From Octopus sinensis (taxonomy: Eukaryota): 64,000 nucleotides of DNA. Below the pieces are notes generated by a model that worked only from the letters and a program-made list of their open reading frames with translations, was not told where the DNA came from and did no database searches. Location of the stretch: contig NC_043000.1 in assembly GCF_006345805.1 (NCBI RefSeq), positions 50,034,001-50,098,000 on the forward strand. Reading direction: 5' to 3'. Of the stretch, positions 26,376-40,158 are shown one piece after another. The translations under genes were made by a program, and so were the position numbers. Numbering within the stretch: position 1 is the first letter of the stretch; every line of letters begins with the position of its first letter.

Positions 26376-28300
26376 GACACAAAGCATTTCATTAGTTGTC
26401 TGGAATAATTTCTGTGGTCTGAAATGTCTGTAGGTTGTTTTGTTTTTGTTTTCTGTTTGTTGATGTTTTAATTCCAGTGTTTTTATGATAAAACATCATA
26501 ATTTAGTAGAAAACCATTAATTGATAATACAATCATCCTATATTGAGCTACACACACATAAAAAGAAAAATAGATTAGCAGAGGAAGTTTTATTAATAGC
26601 AAAAATAAAACCTAAATATTGACACACAGACGCAGATCCCATGTGTGTCTGTGGGTGCCATTATAGTTATACATATTTGTGTGTTTGATATTGTGTATGT
26701 AGCTGTCTGAACAGTTCTGTATTCATATTGTATGTTCAACACCTACCAGTACTCAGTCATGTTTGATTATGTTTTTAGAACATTCAGACCAACATCCAGT
26801 CTCTGTCCCCTTCCTGTTTATCATTTCATGTTCGTTCCCTCTCTCAGACTTCGTTTTCATATTCTGGTTCTCTCATACCACTTGCTCGTCATAAAATTTC
26901 TCTCTATCTCTCCTTCTCTGGAATTTGCCTTTCATTTACTACCAAGAACCAGTTCAACATCTTTTACCTTTCTTTGCTCTCTTTTTGAAGGCTTAGCACC
27001 CAAAGCCTTAGATGTTTCGCTTCTCACACAAATCAAACATATTGAAATTCTATAAAATTTAATCTAAGAACGTTTACTTGTTCCTGAAAATAACTTGGAG
27101 TTGACAGTTAAAATTTTAAAACCAGCAACAACGATTTTATCAATGACAAAATCATTCATGATCTTTTCTGCTCAGTATAAAAACACGATAAATAAAGAAC
27201 ATTAATAGCTAATCCATCTGGAAGATAAGACCAAAAATATCTAGAAATACTGATGGACTTAAGAATGTTACCATTCCAAGCTAAACAAAGGACTAATAAG
27301 GAAATACAAAATAAATCACTGATACAGAAGATTTGAACACAGTTGAGTTTTCCAAATAACATGATTGGAAGAAAAGCTGTTCTTCAAATGCAGAAATTTG
27401 TAAATTGTGTGTGTGTGCATGCGCATGCATGTGCATGCATGTATATGAATGCTTTATAAGGTTTCTTGTATTTCAAATCCAGCAACGTACAATTATCACA
27501 CCAAAATGCACATGATGCATTTGGTTAAACAAATTTAGTTCAGTTCCATTGTCAACTTTTGCCTTCCATCCTTGATACTACAACTATTTTAAATATATTG
27601 GCATCGAGTCAATCTAGTATATCCCCTTCTCCTTACAAAAATAAATCGTTTTTGTACTTGAGAGAACAACCACATATATAATTTGTAAATTTCTTCTCTT
27701 GAACAATGCAGTGGAAATCATTTCTCTGCAACAAGATGCATTTGTGTAAATATCTATCTGATAACATACACTGCAAAGAGATTAGTTTTTCTCTTGCTGA
27801 CTCGTAATACAAAATAATCGTTATCAAGCTTAACTTATTGACGATACATTATGTTTCAAGATATTTCCAAGAGAAATTGCTGAAGAGAATTAGAATACAT
27901 TTCAAAAGTATTCTACATCTCAAACTATTAAGGTCATGTTTACTGTCTACAAGGAGACTAACTGCTGCTTATATTGCTATGAAAGCATCCAATTTATCAA
28001 TAGCACGTATTATCTGTGTTAAATAAAGATTCTACTCTCAGAAAGTTTTGGTTCAAGGAATAGACTTTATAAAATATTTCCTGAATGTACTAAAATTGTC
28101 AGTAAAACCAAATAGCGATGCAAATATTACCTGTTCTGATAAATTTACATTTGTCTTAAAACTGTGATTCAAATTAAAATTTAATCAACTACAAAGCAAG
28201 AACAGAAGTTCTGAAGGCAGTTCAGTGTTGTCTTCAGCATCATTTAGGCAACTATTTTGATGATACTGATACCAAACTATAAGTAGTTTTTGTCCTTCCC

Positions 28301-28495
28301 TTAACCCTCTGGCATTCAGATTATTCTGTCAAAGTGTAATGCTTATTTATTCACACTCAATTAATTATGCACTATCTTATTGCTTTGAGATTTCAATGAT
28401 AGAGTGGTCTATTTTTAGAATGACATGGCAGATTAGGTGTGAGAAGCTGGATCTACCCACTTTGAACATGAAACAGGTTGAGACTAGTCTAATAA
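28301..28495. mobile_element. piggyBac-type MITE, truncated
   Basis: ttaaccctctggcattcagattattctgtcaaagtgtaatgcttatttattcac matches the 25300 copy. Confidence 0.75.
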
Positions 28496-29446
28496 GCTTT
28501 AAAAGTGGTCATGAGTGTTACCATGCCTTCTATAAGTATTTAACAAAAAAGCATAAAGTGATGGAGAGGGACTGTTAGTGGGGGGCGAATTTCTGGAGCA
28601 GGAGTAACAGATACTCTTCTTGCACGGGGTCATGATTTTGATACACAATGAAAGAAGTAAATGGGAATGGACTGAGTGAGTTTCAGTGGTGTTGAATCAC
28701 AATCTTGAAATAGAATATGGAGAAGTATACTTCAAAAACAGAGGAGAAATAGAGAAGATCCATCTTGACAAAAGAAAAGTAGTAGCTGTAGCGTATAGTT
28801 TAATTAAATTCTCAGTGGCACAGTCTTCCTACTTTCAAATGTATATTATAGGGAAAAAAAATCAAATTAACTGTTGTTGGTAAGGAGGTACTTACACAGA
28901 TAATACAAGGGCTTCCTGTAAAAGTATAAATTAGTTTGTTGGGAGGAAGAGGAGAGATTTGATGATTTGTGATTCAAGTATTAATCTTCAATGGAAAATG
29001 TACTTACTATTTGCTGACACAGACCATCACTACTTTGTTCAAAATGTACTAATTCACTATATCATTAATGATCGTTTTTACTTGGTTGCAATGCTAAATT
29101 CAAATATTTCACCACTAGGCAAATGTAATCACATTGTTATAAACAGCTGTATATATTCCATAGTAATAAATCTCTTTTAACTGCTGATTAGCAGCACAAC
29201 AAGTAAAGATCTAGTATAAATACAAACACTTATGAGGTAGCTGGCCTGATATTAAAGTGTAACATTTGTTACACTTGTGAAGAATGCAGTGGTTTAACTG
29301 TTTGATTGTTTTTGCAGTTATTTGACTCCAGGTGAACCAGTATTAAAGCTATTCAGTTTGGAGTTTCACATTTTTTCTCTCTGTTCTACACACACACACA
29401 CACACACACACGCACTCACACATACATACATGCATACACACATACA

Positions 29447-29480
<34 letters not shown>

Positions 29481-29546
29481 CCAGAGTAAGCACATAAATG
29501 TGAAACAAGATGGAAAAAAGAGTACTCAAATACCAGAGGTAGAGTA

Positions 29547-29603
<57 letters not shown>

Positions 29604-29864
29604 ATATTATCCAAAGCTGCTATTTCTAGTAAGTCAGGTGATCATACAAGGCGCTGCTGAAAAGCTCCTGGCTTTGGTTAAAAGAAAATACAATAGGTTC
29701 AGTTGATAAAGATTTTATTCAACATATTCACCTCCAAAATCACATAGTCATTGCACCAGTTCTACAGTTTTGCTAAGCCCTGTAAAAAAAACTTGGTAAG
29801 TAAGATGGGCATCTAACCAAGATTTTGATGATACCCTTATAGCCAGGAACTTTTCAGCACCCTC

Positions 29865-29901
29865 TTGTATATATGTATATATAAATACATACATACATCT
29901 A

Positions 29902-29984
<83 letters not shown>

Positions 29985-30018
29985 ATATCTATCTATCTAT
30001 CTATCTATCGATCTATCT

Positions 30019-30084
<66 letters not shown>

Positions 30085-30095
30085 GTATATATATA
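29865..30095. repeat. (TATC)n-(TA)n compound microsatellite
   Basis: Directly visible. Confidence 0.95.
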
Positions 30096-30253
30096 CACTC
30101 ACGGAGTGGTTGGCGTTAGGAAGGGCATCCAGTGGTAGAAACACTGCCAGATCTGACTGGGCCTGATGAAGCCTTCCGGCTTCACAGACCCCAGTTGAAC
30201 CGTTCAACCCATGCTAGCATGGAAAACGGACGCTAAATGATGATGATGATGAT
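30096..30253 (+). mobile_element. SINE/LINE tail (family E) ending in (GAT)n
   Basis: ggagtggttggcgttaggaagggcatccag...aacccatgctagcatggaaaacggacgctaaatgatgatgat; very similar to 31260-31415. Confidence 0.85.
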
Positions 30254-31012
30254 ATATATTATCAAAAGAGTCATTCTTCTTTAAGACAATAGGGTGCAAT
30301 TCGAGGGATATTTGGCAGCTGCTGGTTCTAGCAAATCAGGTGATCACATAAGCTTATTCATTGGCTGTTTAAACCCAGTAACTTCTGGTTAAGCAGGTCT
30401 AGGATCTAAAACTTTCCTGCAAAGACCATCATATTATCAGGCATAGATATATCTACAAGTAAACTGAACAATATATCTTTACTTTGTATGGCATTGTTTG
30501 TCATTTGAGGGATATTTGGCAGCTATTTCTAACAGGCTAAATGACCACATAGACACCCTCCAAGCTGGTTAGTATTATCTGAATGTTTCTGTAAGTATAC
30601 CTTCTTGCAGTCTACAGTAATTGTTTGCTGCTAAATAGAACATGTACTCATTGCAAGATGTCTTTTTAGGTTTGATAATTGATGTTTCAGGACATGCTTT
30701 CTAAAAGATGTTTAAATTATCATTACTGGTGGGATTGTTTTGCCTCAGGTAATATCCTGATGAAGTATACCTGTGAAATGAGGAATTCCTGCTATAACCA
30801 ACCCATCCTTTTATATTTTCGAGACAACTTTTCTAATATATTCTTTCTGATTTGTTTTTTTCTTTTTTTTTTGCAAATGGTAAAGTGTGATTTGGGGGAG
30901 ATTTGGCTAGTCTTTCTAGCAGATTAACTAACCATATAGGGGAGCCCTCATTAGCTCGACAAAGAGTGTAAGTGTGTGAATGAGGTGTAAATGCAGGTAA
31001 AGGAAGAATGTA

Positions 31013-31412
31013 ATGGTATGGTTGGCATGGCTGTGTGGCTTCCCAACCACATGGCTCCAGGTTCAGTCCCACTGTGTGGCACCTTGAACAAGTGTCTTTT
31101 ACTATAGCTTTGGATCAACCAAAGCCTTGTGAGTGGATTTGATAGATAGAAACTGAAAGAAGCCTGTCATATAAATATATGTATATATATATAACATATA
31201 TATATATGATATAACACACACACACACACACACACACTCTCGGACACCTACACTCTCGGAGTGGTTGGCGTTAGGAAGGGCATCCAGCTGTAGAAACACT
31301 GCCAGATCTGACTGGCCTGGTGCAGCCTTCGGGCTCCCCAGACCCCAGTTGAACCGTCCAACCCATGCTAGCATGGAAAACGGACGCTAAATGATGATGA
31401 TGATGATGATGA

Positions 31413-31415
<3 letters not shown>
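31013..31415 (+). mobile_element. Chimeric SINE: family-A head, TA/CA hinge, family-E tail
   Basis: Head atggctgtgtggcttcccaaccacatggctccaggttcagtccc; tail ggagtggttggcgttaggaagggcatccagc...(gat)n. Confidence 0.85.
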
Positions 31416-31449
<34 letters not shown>

Positions 31450-33628
31450 TCAATGTCTTTGACAAAACAAGCCTTAAGGTGGTGCTCCAACAAGGCCACA
31501 GTCAAGTTACTGAAACAAGTAACAGAATAAAAGAAAACCTTACATCCAGTTAAGCGAATGGCAGACATGATAGAGAAATCACAATATCCCTCTCATCTTT
31601 TAGATTGGATCCTTTCTAGTCTCAGTTTAAATCCTTTTTAGCTAGACTTTGCTCTGACTCTTTCTAGGAAAGACAAAATAAGTACAAGTTAAGTGTTGGG
31701 GAATGGATGTCAATTAACTGTATAGCTCCTCTACTTCCTCTTTGTTCCCAAACAAAATTCAATACTGTTAATAATAGATAAAGTTCTGATCAGTGTTATG
31801 TGTAGAATCCATAGATAGGCAGCTTCGCCAGAAGGTTCTCGTACCAAATAATTTTAAAAGCTTTCCTAATATGTCAGATGTGAAGGGCAAGCAATAACTT
31901 TGCTTTTACTGAAATTTTCAAAAAGAAGAGATTGTTGATGTGTGATGTAGAAGCGATAAAGTCTCCAGAGGAACTGTTTTTGTCAGTTTTATATTGTATA
32001 TGTAAAATTAGAGTGGATATAGAAAATATTACCCAATGAATTTTCATATTTATATATGTATATATAAATATAGCTTTAAGCCATTGAATGACAGCATATT
32101 CACAGCACATGACACAGAGATCAGCACTATTTACTTCTGGTTAATAATATTTAGATCACACACAGAATGAAAATACTTGAGATAACACCTTTTTGACATA
32201 TCACTTTTTCATTTTTTAATTTATTCACATGAGCTCATCTCAAAGAATAAAAGGAATCAGTTTTAAAATATGTTAACTCTTAGCAACAATTTAGCAGCAT
32301 TCGCTATACTCTTTGGTAAGCAGCAATTATGGAATGTTTTGACAATTAGAGATACAAAAATGGTGTTTTAACCTTTAAGTGTGTGACTTTAGTAATCTAT
32401 TTCTGTACCTTAAAGATATATTGTCAGTTTCTATTTTATTAAGTGGATGAGAGATAAATATCCCCTTGGATGAAACATTGAATTGTTGCAGTGAAGGGAA
32501 TTGAATTCAACATTGTTAAACAGATGAATCATTCTTCGATTTCACAGGGGTGCTACCATATACAACAGGGATAACTGGATTTCCTACAAATAGCTCTCAG
32601 ATCTTCTTCTCATCATACCCTAATTCCTCAAAAAGAATAAGAACATATTGGACAGTGTGTATGAAAGAAACAAACAAAACAGGTCACAGCAAGAATGTCT
32701 TCCAATACAGTTCAGGTCAATGGAGAATAGTTTTTAACCGAACAATATCAACAGCAATTTCATATAAATTCTTATGGTCTAGAAACCTCAAAACTAGTTT
32801 AACATCAATTATCTCAGAAATATAGATATGTATTGGTATGAGTCAATGAGAAATCTTCTGTACAGTCATTTATACTGTGAGAAAAGGCTAAATACAACAA
32901 AATACAGAGGACATCCAACTGTAAAAAACTAGTTCACTACCAGTGCTGGCACCCATGATAATATGAAAAGATTAGTTAAAATCATTAAACGAATAAAACT
33001 TTCTGTAATGGATTTGAATACAAGACCTATGAATTTTACATTAAATATCAGGTGTACTTGACTATCAAGGTTTCACATCCTTCATAATATAGAATTATCA
33101 TATTATTTCTGCTGGATTTGGTTGTTTGCAATCAATAGATCAGGGATATATCACTCTCTGGAGAAAGACAACCGTATATAGAAATGTTTTGCCTGCAACA
33201 CGATAAAACAATTATATTGTTCTACTAGCAACAATAATTCTGATTTCCCCTTAATGTACCTTCATACCCAGGAGGGTTATATTACTGAGAATTTCATGTA
33301 ATTTCTTGAGACACTGCAAATATCAATAATGGCTCACGGTTTTACAACTCCTTGCTTGTTAGGCAAAATCCTCATGACTCAAACAGCTGAATCTACCTAC
33401 CAATTTACAAGGAGAAATACACTTAATACTAAAAATATATTGCAGAATTTATTTTTGAAATTTTGTTATTCCTGATTCCAATTTTAAATGATGAAATTCT
33501 ATACCAATAATATCACTTAACTTAGAAACTACTTAACAGAAATATAGATTGTAGTGGTTCAGAAATTAGTGTGTATGCACGTGTATGTGTGTGTACATGA
33601 GAGAGAGAGAGAGAAAAAGAGAGAAAGT

Positions 33629-33702
<74 letters not shown>

Positions 33703-34269
33703 TACATTATTTTAAATTTCGTCCAGCAATGATTTTTTTACATATGATGGGAAAAATTTTTCGTATTATGTTGATTTTGAAATCTTTCCAAAATATATAT
33801 GGATCATATTTCATGTGATATCTTAAAGATTTAACGCACTGTGTGTGCATGCTTGCACAAATGTGTTATATATGTTTTCTCAAATACTAATATAAAACCA
33901 CAAGTATGCATATTTTTAAAATTCTATGTAAATATATGTGATATCATTTCCTTAAAGCGAAGAAAATGTCATTTTCTAATTCACATACATAAAGAAAAAA
34001 AATAATTTCAATGATTATTATTCTATGTGTCTGTGTGTATGACTACATTCATAAATGTATGTATGTGCGTGCGTGTGTGTGTGTGTGTGTGTGTGTGTAT
34101 CAGTAAGAGCTTAATAGATGAACTTTTTTAAAAATAACGATTACAGTTGCATTTAGTTAATGCATATAGATATATGCATATACAAACACACATTTAGATA
34201 TAAAGAATGAACACACATACACACACATGTGCAGGAACAAATATACATTCATGTATGAAGAATGATTTA

Positions 34270-34640
34270 TAGAAGGAGTGCCTCATATTTTGAGGGAGGT
34301 TATAATCGATTAAGACTGACCCCGGTACTTGACTTGCATTTATTCTAATGATCCTGATGAGATGAAAGGTAAAATCGACCTCAACAGGGTTTGAACTAAG
34401 AGAATAAAGGGACATGAATATATACATATATATATAAATAAATAATGATTTCTAACAGGCACAAAACAAAAACCTCACATTTGGGCTGGAGAAAGATAAT
34501 CAATAATATTACTCCCCCATTTTGTGCTTCAGTAGTACTTATTTTATCGACCAAAGTAGGATGAAAGGCAAAGTTAACCTTGGGAAAATAGGAATGTAAA
34601 GAGGCATAACTAAATACCACAAGGTATTTTCATTGATCAC
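34270..34640 (-). mobile_element. Two family-B SINE fragments
   Basis: gatgaaaggtaaaatcgacctcaacagggtttgaact and gtacttattttatcgacc...ggatgaaaggcaaagttaacc. Confidence 0.75.
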
Positions 34641-35221
34641 TCTACAGAATTTTCCGATTCATAGCCATATAAATAATAAATGTGATAATATGCATGCTGC
34701 TTATGTTCTGCATATGTCCTTCACTAGCTGCTTATAATATATATATATATATATCATAACAAGTCATCAACTTGGGAGTTTCTATATGCTTGCATACCAT
34801 GCTAGAAACAGCAGCCAAATCTCCTTCAATTCACATTCTATCTGAAAAAAAAAATTCAATAATGTAATTCTTGGTATTTCATGTTTGAAATGGTGAAATG
34901 GTTATGCCTTGAACGTTTTCCATCAAAGAATAACTTGATCAGGGCTGATAGATACAATACATATTAAACAACAAAAACAGATATATCCTAATTGTGTTAG
35001 TGTATTCCAACAGCCTCATGTCAGTCAACAGTATCATATAGCACTGATATGACGAAAGACTGACCAAATATTCATTTACATAATATGGCACATTAAGACC
35101 TAAAAAATGTGAAGATGATTTGATGATAATCATTGTAGTACTGCAATAATTATGGTTTTACTTTTAACAAAGACTAATATTTTACTTGTTCTCAGTCAAA
35201 GCCATTATTTTTATATACGTC

Positions 35222-35440
35222 AAAGTGGCAAGCTAGCAGAATTGTTATAGTGCCAGACAGAATGTTTCATAACATTTCTTCTGCACCATTACGTTTTGAG
35301 TTCAAATTCTGGTGAGGTTGACTTTGCCTTTCATCCTTTCAGGAACAATAAATTAAGTATTAGTTCAATGCTAGTGTCGATGTCATCAATTGCCCTCTCT
35401 CCTCAAAATTTCAGACCTTGTGCCACAATTAGAAAGAATT
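35222..35440 (+). mobile_element. Family-B SINE
   Basis: gctagcagaattgttatagtgccagac...ttttgagttcaaattctggtgaggttgactttgcctttcatcctttc. Confidence 0.8.
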
Positions 35441-36006
35441 ATTTTTGCATAAATCAGATGAATGATATATGTAAAAAATTCTCAATAAATTGAAATCTTC
35501 ATCTTAGTTTGACAAAGAAAATATGTAACAAACAGCAATTGTTTGCAAGTGTCAAAGGAAATGAAAGATAACAGCAAGAAATTAAGTATTAGAATTCTAA
35601 GAGAAAATTTTATCATTGTTAGTAGATAAGGTGACAGCTACAGGCATGTTTCAGTCTTACTGAAACTCCTTAACAAGCATGAGCAAGCTCATTTATTTGA
35701 TCAGTCAACAAAACTTTCTATATAGAAAAATAGTTAAGAAATAGTTTGATCAGTATTTTCTAGATTCTTTTATATCACTATCTTCTGATAGTACAATAAA
35801 CTCATTGGGATTCATAAACAATTAATTAAGCAGGTTATTAAGGTTTTGAGAGAGACAATTTCTTCAAAACCTTCAGACTCAGTATAGATACTATACATAA
35901 TGTATTTAAGAAGGTCCATATACCATGATTGAAGGTCCTGAATGTGTTAAACAGTGACTTTTGCGTTTTTATGATAATTTTATTTCATATGATTGTTGAT
36001 AGGAAA

Positions 36007-36068
<62 letters not shown>

Positions 36069-36577
36069 GAGTTATGGGGTTAAGCAAATTGGAGACATCA
36101 AATGTATTAAATATATCCAATACATCAAATACAAAATATATATATATGTATACATGCAAAACAAGAGAAGGCAAAAGGTGGAAACTTTCAGATGATGAAT
36201 AGATATATAGATACTTATGTAAATAGGTCCAACTTACATGGAGTACAAACGATAGAGACAATTAAAGAAGAGGAAGAAAGATATTATAAGTCCAACAGCT
36301 ATTTGTAGGGGCTCAGTGATCCATTATAATGTTGGTAGAGTTAGTCCATCACAAAATGTTGCACCGTTAACGATGATATTGTTCACTTTTGGTAGCCCTA
36401 GCAGTGAAAAGCCACGGGGCATAGTGAACAAACATTTGGTAGGATCTTTTTGATAAGGACTGATGAGAAATTAGCCACATCTTGTATGTGAATTTTCCAT
36501 TTGTTGCATTTCTGTTGAATATTTTGGACATTATTTAATGTAATGCCATGCACTTACTATTATTTTACCCATGCAGA

Positions 36578-36613
<36 letters not shown>

Positions 36614-37156
36614 TGAGTATGTTTTGAGTGTGAATATGTATATGTCTAATCATGCTTGATAAATTATATCAATAATATCTGGTGTTTTTTTTGGTATTTA
36701 TTCTCTTAAAATACAAAATGAACAAAGTGAGCATAAGCATGAGATGAGATAATGCAATCAACATGAATAGTGCAGTGTTATGGCCTATATTCCAGTCCTG
36801 ATTTATAAAACCTATTTGCTGCATTTATTTAAATGACATTATATAACTTCCTAGAATTTTATTTTAATCGTTATACTGAAAACACTGCATTATACCAGGC
36901 ATTATACTGAAGCACTGCCATGGAAGAAAAGATTCAGAGAAAATGATGAACCAAAAACTTGCTTGTATTGTCGAAGTGCCAAATCCATTACCAAATCTCA
37001 GACCATCTTAAATTTCAAAAAATTGAATTGTCTTTCTTTTTATCACGTTGAATATCATCATTTTATAAAAACTGAGATAACATACCCTCAAATATCATTC
37101 AAAACTGTAATAAATATAATCCTGAAACACTTTTCAATTGACAGAGATAAAGAGAG

Positions 37157-37219
<63 letters not shown>

Positions 37220-37747
37220 CTATAACAACATCCTATACATATATAATCATATTTATACATGTGTATTACTGATATCATCATGATCATGTTTGGCATCCAT
37301 GCCATAATGGGTTTTATGTGAAAAGGAAGCTCTAAAGCTGCAAAACCATCACAACAAATTCCTAAGGCATAAAAAAGTAAGCCTAACAAATTTATGAAAA
37401 TAAGATACTTTTTTTTTTTTCTTCAAAAGTTACAAATACCAAAAACTGAATTAGGTAAAATAACTGCATCCAAAATAGCTTTGAAATAAATATACTCAGC
37501 AAATTGCACGAGTTCGGGGCTTTTTTTTAAGCCCTATAGACAATTTGATTATCAAGAGGGATGATATTTCAACTTGATTCAAGTAATAGATCCATAATTT
37601 AAAATGGCAAATAAAACATTATACAAACTCACAGAGCTGTCACCGAAGTCACTATCTTCACCAACATCAGCAACAACATAAGTAACAAAAAAAAAAAACT
37701 CCATACAAAATGGACTATATTTTGAACTATTATATATTATACATACA

Positions 37748-37749
<2 letters not shown>

Positions 37750-37789
<40 letters not shown>

Positions 37790-37797
37790 ATATATAT

Positions 37798-37829
<32 letters not shown>

Positions 37830-38058
37830 CATATATATACATATATATGTGTGTGTGTGTGTATGTGTGTGTCTTTGTATGCATATATGCATATATGCAT
37901 GTATATATATAAACACACACACAGCTATATATACAATAAATCTATATTTTCACACACACACAACTATTTATCTATACATATACATCTATCTATTTGTGTG
38001 TGTGTGTATGTATATATAGGTATATATATATATGTATATATATATATGTATATTTATA

Positions 38059-38110
<52 letters not shown>
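37750..38110. repeat. Compound CT/TA/GT microsatellite block
   Basis: Directly visible. Confidence 0.9.
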
Positions 38111-38116
<6 letters not shown>

Positions 38117-38799
38117 AGAAACACATTTTTTTTTTACTAAAGAAACAAATCTTCAGAGGAAAATTTGATACACAGAATATCAGTTATTATCTGTTCTATA
38201 ATTTTGTTTTATTTCAGTAATATTGGACAACTTCAGGAAATTTCTATTTGAAGATCATTAAATTAGTGTTAACACTTGCACTCTGTGATATATGCAGAAT
38301 GTATTTTACAGAGACCTACATAGCAAAGCTACATGGCATAGCTAAAGGCTATATCTCAGGTAAAATTGTATGTACAAATATTATTATTTCTCAAACCAAG
38401 TGAATAAGCAAACAAATTAATATTTTTCTCATTTTTAATTTAATTATGCGTTAAATAAAACAGATAAATCATGCACACTTGCACAGACATATTTAGATAT
38501 GCATGTGTGAGTGCATGTAGGTGTATAAGCATAGGACAAGCTACCTGCATTAGTTGTTAGTTTCTGAGACATTGCATCCTTTAAAACCTCCATGCTTCTT
38601 GAAATTCGTCAACACCATACCTGATATAGCCCACTCCATACACATGCACACATGTATATCATGACTCATATGCTGTTCACTTTCCTGATTTTGGTACATA
38701 ATTTATGGATTGTACATGCACCTTTGATGAGTTGTTGTGCATCTTAGCACTATACTCAATAATTTCATTATTTCATTTATATATATATATATACGCACA

Positions 38800-39005
38800 C
38801 ACACATCATCGTCATCATCATCATCGTTTATCATCCGTTTTCCATGCTAGCATGGGTTGGACAATTTGACTGAGGTCTGGTGAATCAGATGGCAGCACCA
38901 GACTCCAATCTGAACTGGCAGAGTTTCTACAGCTGGAAGCCCTTCCTAACGCCAACCACTCCAAGAGTGTAGTGGGTGCTTTTACGTGCCACAGGCACAA
39001 GGGCC
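38800..39005 (-). mobile_element. Family-E tail, preceded on the minus strand by one 65-bp-unit-like segment
   Basis: (cat)n...ttttccatgctagcatgggttgg...cccttcctaacgccaaccactcc...ggtgcttttacgtgccac. Confidence 0.85.
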
Positions 39006-39009
39006 AAAC

Positions 39010-39348
39010 AGTCGAAGTGTCAGCAAGGGATGTTTACTGAGACCCACTCTAGTGAGCAGCGGACCTTGGGGTCAAGGCGAGAAATAAGGAGACATGGAGT
39101 GGGTGATGTGTACATCTCGTCTGTCCCTGGATCTTGTCAGAATGTAGTTGAGGATGTGCTAGTGTTTAGACCGTGGGAGTTTCCACATTGTTTTTTGTTG
39201 GGTAGAGAGACGAAATAGGAAGTTGCTGATGATGAGTTCATGTTCGGTGCAAAGGCCTAGGAAGAGCTGGTGATTGGCATTGTATTTCCAATGCCAAGAA
39301 TACCATTCCACGAATATTGGTCACTGCCAACTCTGCCGTTAATAGCCA
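39010..39348 (-). pseudogene. RTE-clade LINE apurinic endonuclease fragment
   Basis: Minus translation NANHQLFLGLCTEHELIISNFLFRLSTQQKTMWKLPRSKH*HILNYILTRSRDRRDVHITHSM matches the recalled RTE/BovB-type endonuclease end (C.EHEL.ITNT.F.....KTTW.HPRSK.WHLIDY...R.RD..DV..T..M). Confidence 0.9.
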
Positions 39349-39464
39349 AAAAAAATATGTAACGACCATTATATATAAGCTGTCTTATATATTGTATGTA
39401 TAGTTGATGAAAACTGAACGATATCCATCATATATATATATATATATATAAATACACAAATGTG

Positions 39465-39640
39465 AAGATGCATGGCTCAGTGGTTAAAGCATCAGGCTTA
39501 CAATCATGAGATAGTGAGTTGTATTTTTGAGCTAGACACTATATTTCATGTTGCTACAGAGTGAGGAGGCTGGTATGCATGGCCAACTCCTGGTTTTCCA
39601 CAAACAACCTTGCATTAGAGGGCAATTTTCTGGGTACAAT
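39465..39640 (+). mobile_element. tRNA-headed SINE (family F)
   Basis: gcatggctcagtggttaaagcatcaggcttacaatcatgagatagtgagtt; a related copy lies at about 49025-49210. Confidence 0.6.
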
Positions 39641-39659
39641 CTAAAGGGGGTCTATATAT

Positions 39660-39805
39660 ATATCATCATCATCATTGTTTAACACCCATTTTCCATGCTG
39701 ACATGGGTTGGACGGTTTGACTGAGGTCTGGAAAGCCAGCAGCTGCAACAGGCACCAGTCTGATCTGGCAATGTTTCTACAGCTGGATGCCCTTCCTAAC
39801 GCCAA

Positions 39806-39845
<40 letters not shown>

Positions 39846-39890
39846 GAAGGGCATCTTTCAGTTTCCATCAACCAAATCCACTCACTCTCT
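39660..39890 (-). mobile_element. Chimeric SINE: family-A body fragment, CA hinge, family-E tail
   Basis: tctttcagtttccatcaaccaaatccactcac (A body) next to cccttcctaacgccaaccac...(cat)n (E tail). Confidence 0.8.
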
Positions 39891-39985
39891 TTCTTTCTCT
39901 CCTTCTCTCTCTCTCTCTCTCTGTATATATATATATAGAGAGAGAGCATTGATGCTATATATATATATATATATATATGATATAT

Positions 39986-40158
39986 GCAGCCTGGAATTTT
40001 GTCAGTGAACAGGTCAGTCTCAAATGAATGAAAATATTTTGGCAAATTAAATTTAAATGTTGAAGTGAATCTAACAGTTTTTGTGTGTTTCTTAAATGGC
40101 TTAAAAACGCCTTCCATGCTGCAATTGTTTTTGTTCCATGCAAGTAAATCTCCATAGT
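39986..40158. mobile_element. Unclassified short repeat with an internal 11-bp inverted repeat, copy 1
   Basis: Strong match to 53209-53415 (gaattttgtcagtgaacaggtc...ttaaatttaaatgttgaagtgaatctaac...ccttccatgctgcaatt). Confidence 0.85.

Noticed and set aside
30163-30200. CTGATGA followed by an AAGCC/GGCTT hairpin
   Set aside because: No GAAA follows, and the paralogous copy near 31317 reads ctggtgcagcc, so it is a chance substitution in the SINE tail.
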